Assembly (NCBI GenBank): GCA_012295275.1
Contig: CM022670.1
Location: 28,458,001 to 28,522,000 of the forward strand
DNA from: Chrysomallon squamiferum
Lineage: Eukaryota > Animalia > Mollusca
Reading direction: 5' to 3'
Length of the DNA: 64,000 nucleotides
Position numbers and translations under genes: made by a program. Shown piece after piece: positions 54,382 to 64,000 of this stretch. Position 1 is the stretch's first letter; every line of letters starts with the position of its first letter. Under the pieces are notes generated by a model. It saw only the letters and a list, made by a program, of their open reading frames with translations, did no database searches and was not told the DNA's origin.

Positions 54382-57300
54382 ATCTTTAACATTTTTCTCA
54401 TTGAGTATTTTACTTAAAAATGCTAACAGTAAAAAAAAATCTTACCTCACAAAACCTGTCATTCCAAGCTATCCTTTAAGTAAATCTGAAACTTGAATGA
54501 CAACAATACCACGAATCACCTCAGTAACTATTACACCTGATTGACAAATACCTGAGTGACAGGTAAAAAACCTAAAAATGTCCAGGTGAGAATGTGCTGT
54601 CACGGCCTGCTGGTCTGCTACAACAACTACTACATGTGTTGAAGGAAACAACCACGGAGTGTGATGTATTCTCAACATGGAGAGATGGGTTGTGTGTTCA
54701 GTTTGAGCTGACAGCTGCTTGGACTTAATAAGCCAGTTTTGGGGGCTTCCTGACACAGAAAAGTGACTACAGCCAGGTGTAACAAATCAGTGATTGCCTC
54801 AATGACACCTGAATACCTGCATTGTATTCACAAGCAGAAGGGTGAATCTGTTCACCCAAAATGACCCACTTAACCAGGCCATGAAATTGACATTGCATGG
54901 AAAGAATGAGATTTGAGGGGTGGCAGAATGTGATGATGGTGGGTTTGCTTACTTGTGAGCTGGTGTGTGTGTATTGGTGAGCACTGATGTTTCTCTGAGA
55001 AGTGATGTTTGTGTGTGATTAGTGAAAATCACTAGTCTTTCTATTCTAATCTTGAAAATGGATAGTGATGTCTTTGATATAAAGAAAAACTGAGCTGATT
55101 TCTGTGTACTTTTATGTATGGGAATGTGTGAATATATATATATATATATATACATATTAAGTTTTTGCATGTATACTTATTTGTGCATATGTGTGATAAT
55201 GTTTGTGTGTTTGTATATTGAGGGGGGTTTGGTGTGTGTGTGTAAGAATGTGTGTGTGTGCATGTGTTTTGCAGGGGTAATGTAATTAATAAAAATCATT
55301 GCCTGACAAGTACTTGGTGCAGCTCATCACAGCAATGATGACAGGTAATTGAGATAAAAGTGATTACTGTTCAGGATTACCTGAAATATTACACCAGGAG
55401 ATTGAAATAATGACAAGCTTAATTGGTATAACAAATGATGATGAATAAATAGAACATTTTAATTAAAATATTAATAATGGTCAATAAGATGAATAATTGT
55501 TAATTGTTTACTTCTTGATATTAGCTTATTTTCTGAATAATATATAAATTAAAAATATATTAATAAAGTATTCAGTAAAAACGGGTACATTCCACTAAAA
55601 GACCAAACCTTCTATGATATTTTATTAATGTGTAATGTTGGTAAATTCTCAAATAGAGGGAAAAAATCAACTCTCTGTCTACTGTTAGACAATGTGCACT
55701 ACAATAAAGAAATCTGCTATTTCTGGAATTTATTTTTTGCACAAAATTTGTCATAATTGTTACATGCAACTCCCATTATTAACAAATATTCTTGCTTCCA
55801 GTATTATCAGTGTGTATGCACTGGCTATTTCAGTGAACTTCCACCAGAAAATGTGTGTGTGTGTGTGTCTACAGATTCAGTATGAGTATACATTATAGAT
55901 ATTCTATCATTTGTGAACAATAACTTCAGTGTATATGTTTGTACCTGTTAACAAACATATTACTATTTAATAAACACTCTTTGCGGCTTTGTAATGATAT
56001 ACTTGTTATTCAAAGTGTTGTAAAAAGAGAAAAAATGGTTTATTAAGGTGCATATAAACAGCACTCAAACTGGTTCTAACCTCTTCGTTCCTCTTATGAA
56101 TGGGTGGAGTATGTTCCTTTATGTCATACATTATCTTTTTTTTCTTTCAGCTGCAACCTCTTAATCTTCTTTTAATACAGACTTCTCTTTTTTTAAAGTG
56201 GATAAGCATGCCTCTACTTTAATTGGTTAAATTAAGTCTAAGCAGGTATCATTTTGAACAATGAGATGTATCAGGTGTTTGGTTTTATCCACAAAGGACA
56301 TGACACACACAGAATTTAGGTTAGTAGAGGAGCACTCATTTGAATGTGACAGGTCCATGGATCAATCCTTATTATAGACTACTTACTATCACAGCTTGTG
56401 ATATACCATGAGTGCAGTAACTATTAATACCTCACATATTCATGTTATATATCACCATGAGGAAACTATTAGTGTTGTATGATACAGGGTTATGGGAAAA
56501 ACTGTCCATTTTAAAGAGAGGATAAAAGTCACCATAAGGAAAAAAGACATCTGGATATGGAATTTAATGAGACAACATACTCAGTATTTGACATGTGGTG
56601 TGTCATATAAATATATATAAACACTAGGAAAAAAGTATCTGTTTTATATCATATAGGAAAATCTAACCATTTCCATGAGGCATAAAAGCCACAACATATA
56701 TATACAAAACTGAAAACTAAAGTGAAGTGGATTTTAAGACATCATGGTGTCTATTTCCTTACATAATGTATAAAAAATAAATTTAAAACAATAGGGAAAA
56801 AAACAGAGAAAAGAAAAGAAAACCCTCATTAAGACTAAGCAAGACATTTTTGTTTATTTTGTATTATCAGAGATGCATTGTAATGAAAGAAAACAGGCTA
56901 TCTCACAGAAACACACATTCAAAATGTTTCAGCAAAGTGTAAGTGATAATACACTCATCATTCAGCTAGGGCAGAGAACAAGCACATCACCTGGTGTCCC
57001 TTCCCAGAAACCAGAAACAACCTGAGTTCAGTTACATGGTGATGTGCTATAAACAAGAAGAAGCCTCATCGTATGTCCTGGGCTTTATTCTCTAGACTGT
57101 GTGGCCTCTTCTAAAGTTACTATCAATTAACGTCAGCTTCTACAGGAAATGGTAATATATTGGATATTTGCTGGACAAAATACCCTCTGTTGAAAAGAAA
57201 TGGATATGGGTATTTGTAGCCAATAAAACATGTTTTGGGCTATTAAATCACATCATTAAAAGAATTTTGGTATTTATTACAGACATTATTTTTAATAATA

Positions 57301-59169
57301 TAACACCTTAATGGGCGTACATATAAATACAAATGATAAGCTGTTTCTGCCCATCTTTATAAATATCAACACCTATCCATCATCTTCACAGAATATAACA
57401 TTACAGATAAAAAAACTATTGCAGTTTGTCAGTCATACTAAAATAATAATAGCAACAAAGTAGTAATATCAGCTGTAATGACTGTAATAATATCCAACTA
57501 TTTTTGCACCAATTAATAATAATAATAAAATTAAATTAATAAAACTCCTACAGTTAATAAAACAAAAATAGTATCTCTTCAAATATTCCTAAATATTCAA
57601 CACAATATTTTATAAATAAGTTTATTTTTATTTATAATATATTCATTAAGATTTAACTTCTTCACTGTTGAAGTGAACAAAACCGTCTAATGGCAAATTT
57701 GGAATCATGATAAAAGTATATACCCAAGCATTATACTGGACTGAAGAGAATTAAATATAATACATTGATTTTTTAACTACTCAAAGAATTATAACTTCTG
57801 TCATGACAGGTACTGGGGAAGTTAGGTGTATCTGAAAAATATATATGTAACTATGTTGTGATACATGGTAACAAATAGCTAGATACTCAATGTATCTGAT
57901 CAGGCCTACACATTTTGGTATTGAGACTGTAACCAGGCAAACACTTTTCTGATATCCATGCCATCTAGAATATATGATAGGAAGTGAGGGAGGGAAACAG
58001 GATGAGCTTTTCAGAATCTGGAGATTGAATTATGTAGACCCCTGGGGCAATTAGTGGGAGGGTGTGTGAAAATGTTACTCTACTTTCACAAACCATGTCA
58101 AGTGAGGAATCTGCTATAACTGCTATTAATTTCTTTTGCATAAAAGATGTAGAAGGCTTAAAATATGAAAACAAAAACTATTATTATTATTATTAATCTT
58201 TCTCTTGCTCTCTTTTCTCTCTCTCTTTTACTCTTTCTCTTTAATTAAACTACATCAGAGACACATTCTTGAGTATATTCATGTCCCAATCTGCACAACT
58301 TTATGAATTATCTTAAATTAAATTTCATGCTACAGACACAAGATATGTGATATATTCCAGGTGTTTTCTAGCAACAAATGATGCAGCACTAACATGTAAA
58401 AGTACATCACTCAATCTGCTGAAATCCTCAGCACACTACAAATAGTTCTGGACAAACTGACAACAAATAACAGTAAATAGACTCAACTGCAGCAAGAATG
58501 TAAAAAAAATAGGGTATGAAAATATTTATTTCTGCTCAGGTAACGATGGATATTCATTCCACTTATCACACCTGCATATTAAAGAGACAGGTGTAGAAAT
58601 GAATTTACCTATGTGAATACCTGAATCAGTCTGTTATTTAGCTACAGGTATAGGACAAACATCAGTGGATGCAAATCAAGTGTGTGATTATTCTAAACAA
58701 GTATGGTATGCCAGTCATAATAAAGATCCCATGAATCCAATTATAATATTCCACTTGATCCTCTATCATGTTACATTATGATAAGGCTGGGCTGTTTATT
58801 AAACTGACTTGGTTTGTTTTTAATGTAAACAAGATACTGTGTTAACAGATTACTGCAATTACTGCCACCAGGAACAGCCACCAGTATTAGTAATATTAAT
58901 ATCACCATTATTAATGTCACAATATTTACTTCTAATACTACTGCAAAAACTGCATACTGCTAATACTGCCACTGAAATATTTTCACTGCTGCCTCTTCCA
59001 AGACTACTGTTTTCACCTAACAAGAACAGGATTTTGACATTAGCTAAACAAGACACTGCTTAAAGCTTTGTAGTCTGAAGACATCTAACTCAATTCCTTT
59101 TTTCTGTATACATCTGTCAAACAGAGCCTGTCTTCTTGGGCTGCTTCATCATGGTTTAAATACCAACCA

Positions 59170-59410
59170 GACCATTTCTACCACTACATCTACCATTTCT
59201 TCTACAATATTACAACTACTACCACAACAACTACTACTACAATTACCACAACTACCATTATATATTTACACAAGTACAACCATTACTACTACTACTACAT
59301 CACAACTGCTAGTATTACTACTACCACTACTAAAATACCACCACTGTAACTACTAAAATTACCTTAACTATTACTAATGTAAATACAACAACTACAACTG
59401 CTACTATTTA
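59170..59410. repeat. Degenerate (ACT/ACC/ACA)n low-complexity tract
   Basis: Directly visible. Confidence 0.85.
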
Positions 59411-61139
59411 ACATAATTAATTATAATAGATATGCTGTAGATTTTCAGATTAATTTCCTTCCTTCAAAAGAAATTAAAATATTTAAATTATAATATGAAT
59501 TAAAAATAAAACATAATATGATAATAAATAAACCAAGACAAAAAACCTCTGTAACACTAACAGCCACCAGTCGTTCTTACCTGAGCATGTTTTTAATAGT
59601 TTAGACTGTATCAGTTGTCAATGACCCCATCCCATCACAAAGTACACTATTTTAACCTGTGCTGTAATCCAAGGTAAATGATATAGCATTGTTCTGTAAC
59701 TCTCTGAATGTCCGTCTTTGAATTCTGAGACCACAGGTAAACCACTGGAGGCATAAATATGTGTATGTTTGTATGTGTGTTGTTTGTGTATGTGTGTGCA
59801 TGTGTGTACATGCAGACATCTATCAGTTACACACATACACAAAATTCAGGCATATTTACTGGAGCAATAATAAGACAACCATAAATTTTGATTTACTACT
59901 GTTATTTATTTATTTAATTTCATTAGATATCCCAGAATAAATATTAAAACAAACAGCATTTGCAGAAAATCTTTATTTATTAAAAATATCAATGAAACAG
60001 TGATACTACATAACCTTTTATTTTTTAAGTAGATTTTCCTTCTTGGAATTTGTTCTTAAAACAGCTTAACAATACAACTGTCAATCCTCATTTTTTAATA
60101 GCAGTAATAAAGTGCAATTATTATTTTTATTAATATTTAATGTCATATAACTGTTCTTTTTGTAAAATTCATAGATGTTATCTGATATACATGTTCATCA
60201 TGTTTATAAAAAAATAATAATAATAATAATGACAATTACATATTACAAAAAAATATACTTTTATAACAATAATCTGGTATAAAAGTGTCTTTAAAATTAA
60301 ACATTAAATATGATTAATGTTTTATTTTTATATTAATCACCACATTTATAAATGACTCACACAGACAATGCAGTTAACACCCAATAGTCACATTTAAATC
60401 TAATATAAACTTTTATACCTGGAATTTAACGAGTTTCTCCTCACAGGTAACTTTAGCAGTGTCATTAGACAGGTAAGGAGGTCAAGGTAGACACATTGTA
60501 TGTTAAAACACTGTCATTGGCTTTATGGGATTTTAACCACCACTTGACAGAGATCGTAAATTTTCCTCCTTCACTATCCATTACCGTGTACAGAAAGCTA
60601 CAACTGTGGCCATTCAAGTATGTAAAGATTGTTTTAAGAGAGGGTCACCACTGCTATCAAAAAGAGGGTGGTGGTAAATTTTGGTTGGACAACACACATG
60701 CAGTTGACAATATATTTACTGCATACCAAGGGATGAAGGATTTAAATGAATTTTCTTATTAGATTAGTTAAAAATGAAAACTATAAAATATTCTTTCAAG
60801 ATTTATATGAATACAAGAGTGAGAAGGGAAAATCAAGCAAGGGAAAGACAGACAGAAAGGAACAAGGAATAGAAAGAGACAGAAGGGTGAATAAGGAAGA
60901 AAAAAATATTAATGAAGGATTTAAAGATATTCTATGTATTTATTAAGTTCACTAAACCTTTATCTATAAGAGGCTCGTCTATGCTATGCATGGATGTATT
61001 TAATTTTACCCTAACACATTCCGTGTAACTTTTGAAAGATTCTAACTGCAAATTCTATGTAAAAATGCCTCTAGTTCTGCTGTTCAAATATTTCTGTAAG
61101 TACATGCTGTCTACACCAAAGGTGACAAGTATCAATGTA

Positions 61140-61285
61140 ATCATTAAATATAACTCATCAGTCTAACCATTAAGTGTAACTCGCCAATTTAACCATTAAT
61201 GTAACATATCAAGGTAACCACTGAATGTAATTCAGAAAAATAACTATTAACTGTAACTCATCAAGATAACCATTAACTTAATTCA
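61140..61285. repeat. Degenerate ~26-bp minisatellite, about 6 copies (TAACCATTAA.TGTAACTCATCAAG.)
   Basis: TAAC(C/T)A(T/C)T.A recurs at about 61164, 61190, 61215, 61241 and 61267. Confidence 0.8.
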
Positions 61286-62253
61286 ACAATCTGAGTGTAA
61301 CTAATGTGAAAACATTTCAAACATTTAAATTTTGACACTGGCAGCACACAGTGTTCTGATGCCAATGAAAATAATAAAATTAAAAAAATAATAACATTAA
61401 TAACAAAAATAATCACTGACCCAGACTCTGTAAAATGCAAGTAAATGGAGCATTGGTGAAAATGAATTGAGTGTGTAATTGATGGATGGGCAGCCATACC
61501 ATGCATGCATAGCAATTAGCATTCAAGCAGTGCTGAAGAATGTGCAGCACATTATTTCCTTCTCATAGACACTTACCTGAGGTGCAGAAACAAATTACAG
61601 ACTGATGTATTTCCCATTAGACCCAGGTCACTGAGGTCAAGACTTGGTGTCGATGGATATTTAACAGAGAAATTTAAAGTGGTTTTTTTTTTTTTTCATT
61701 ATTATTGCTCTGCAGTATATACAGTGATGAGGGGAGTGGTAAATGAAGCAGATGACTGCAGTAGTTCAGGGTCTGATCAAGAATTTCAGAAAAAACAAAT
61801 CTGTTAATAAAAGAGTGAATAATTTACAAGCTAAAATGGGTTTAATAATAAAGAAATATAGAAATAAAACAATTATAATAAAAATTCTTAAAACAAGGAG
61901 AGGGTGGAAAGCACACTTTGGTTCAAAATGCCCATGAAACTTTTTCAGAAGAACATGATGAATATTCCAAGCTTTTTTTTCTCTCTTTATATTATCATTT
62001 GCCTGTGGTCTATAGAATTGATGAGGGTGTCAAGGAAATAAAGTAGGTGAAAATTGCTACAAATAACTGTGACAATTTGCTGGTGGTGGAGGGGTTACAA
62101 AGGTCAAGTGAGTGGGTTCAAGACTTGGGGTTTCACAACTGAGAAATGTTTAAAGTGCTAGACACATTCAGCTATGAATGACATTGTTCCAGTAGACAAC
62201 TGTTATAATACAGGTGTCTAGGTTGCTACAAAATATTTGGTTAATATTATGTT

Positions 62254-62257
<4 letters not shown>

Positions 62258-62314
<57 letters not shown>
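62258..62314. repeat. (GA)n microsatellite
   Basis: Directly visible. Confidence 0.98.
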
Positions 62315-62316
<2 letters not shown>

Positions 62317-64000
62317 TATTTAGAACTCAGAGGCAGACGAAAAACCATTTAATACTGAATAATAAAACAGAGGAAAACAAGTAAATTTGCCTTAATTGTG
62401 ATGTAAAAAGTTACTGAATTTAGTCCATTGCACTAACAAGCATTTATATGCTAGTGTTAAATAAATATTGTTTCTTTGGAGTTTCTCCTACCCCCCTCCA
62501 CCGGAATTGTCACTTCCTGGATAGTATTAATTTGTTTCTTTATTGTTATACAATGTTTCAAAAACAAATCCTGAATGAACTAATACTTTGTTTATGTTTT
62601 ACAGTTTTTCAATCACCAACAAATTAATTTTTTACAAATAATTTTTTTTTTTTTTTTTTTTTTAAACCGTTTTAGGATAATTAAAACTGTGCTTATTTCA
62701 GTTGTAGAATAATTCAGAAAAAAACTGAATACCAACTTTACAATTTTTCATACAGAAATTTTTATATAATATAATATATGTATTTTGTTTAAGTGTTTAA
62801 GTTTCAAAAGTGCTGTAGTTCAAAATTATAAATCTCAACTCCTAGGAAAGAGAAGGGAATAAAGAAATTAAAATTAAAAAAATAATAATAAAGAAATAAA
62901 GAAATTATTTCAGGTCTTTTATTGGTAAAAGAAGTAGATGTTCTCTTGAAGTAATGATTCTATATATTATTTCAAACACAATTAGTCTAATGTATATATA
63001 TATATATATAGATATATAAGAACTTATTTTATTTCTTGAATTGAAGTATTCCAATTTTTTTTATGGACAGGTAAAACATGAATACAGATATTGTACAAAG
63101 ATAAATATTCTGTACCTTTAATGCACCACTGAGTCATAAATAATAATGACAATACATTATTCGAGAAAAAAATTATCTTTTAAGTTTATATAACATAATA
63201 TTAAACTGTTATTTTAAAAAATGACTGGATTAGGTTTACCGATTCTGCAAAATATCATCTTTAAAAAAAAAAAAAAAAAAAAAGCCAGCCTAAACTCAAG
63301 ATATTTGTTTATTTACAACATCAACACTATCAGTACCAATAGAAGTAATATGAACAGTTTTATTTTCACACATTGATTTATCTCTGTATTCAAATCATAC
63401 TACTGCCATGTTCATTTGCATTCTTCAAACAAAACATTAAAGAAATCAGTGTCATTGTTCCAAATATTATCAGCACAATTACCAACATCATCACACTCAT
63501 CAACATCATCAGCCGTAACATTATCTGCAACATACAAGGGCTGAAATACACAACTGATTGCTCAGTCCATGACAACTCAACCAGTGACCTGGGTGACCAT
63601 CTCTGAGTTTGATACAAGTTTCACTCATTTGTGCACCTGTATATGGACACATGCAAAATTTTGGGGACAAATTCTTATTAGTTTTGAAATTATGGTTGAT
63701 CAAATGTAGAGTCGGTGGTACCATTTTTGGCACTCACAAGAATGTCACTATGTTTCACGCTATTTTTGAAATCTAATAACTTTATATATTATAAAGATAT
63801 TAAGGTGATGTTTGCTGTGTTATGTTTCCATCATTTAATGTTTATAAAATGAATGAAATTTTATCAAAATTGCAGATGCTTACTCTGGAAATGTTCTGGA
63901 CGTTGTTTTTGTTTCTTTATATTCTTTTTTTTTGTGTGGAATGACCCTAAAATTGAATTTGCCATGAAAGCAGAAACACTGGGAGTATGTGACAGAGTAT

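Noticed and set aside
58713-58733. TAAAGATCCCATG resembling, from memory, the Deu/Nin SINE core
   Set aside because: The match is only about 13 bp, the flanking SINE sequence and RNA-derived head are absent, and I cannot verify it without a search.

Overview
This is AT-rich, CpG-depleted, microsatellite-rich eukaryotic DNA. It looks like an invertebrate animal, possibly a mollusc, but that is inferred from composition only. Most of the window is intron or 5' flank of one large minus-strand gene. Three exons join in phase 0 through canonical AG/GT sites (37563-37510, 35738-35325, 25466-23355) to give an 860-aa, mostly low-complexity N-terminal fragment whose last donor has no partner I can identify in the window. 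I do not recognise the gene. The fragment has clustered QT (LC8-type) motifs, an 8-aa repeat and a 211-codon overlapping frame. Several short ATG-to-donor exon candidates hint at alternative first exons. The most unusual item is a CpG-retaining island at about 16.6-17.07 kb. By hand it folds into a multi-helix RNA specifically on the + strand, antisense to the gene, and I cannot assign it to a known family. There is also a 50-bp x ~20 satellite, several old tandem duplications and dense clusters of CAGGT(A/G) motifs. I found no rRNA, tRNA, CRISPR array or transposase/RT coding sequence. All analysis was by eye.
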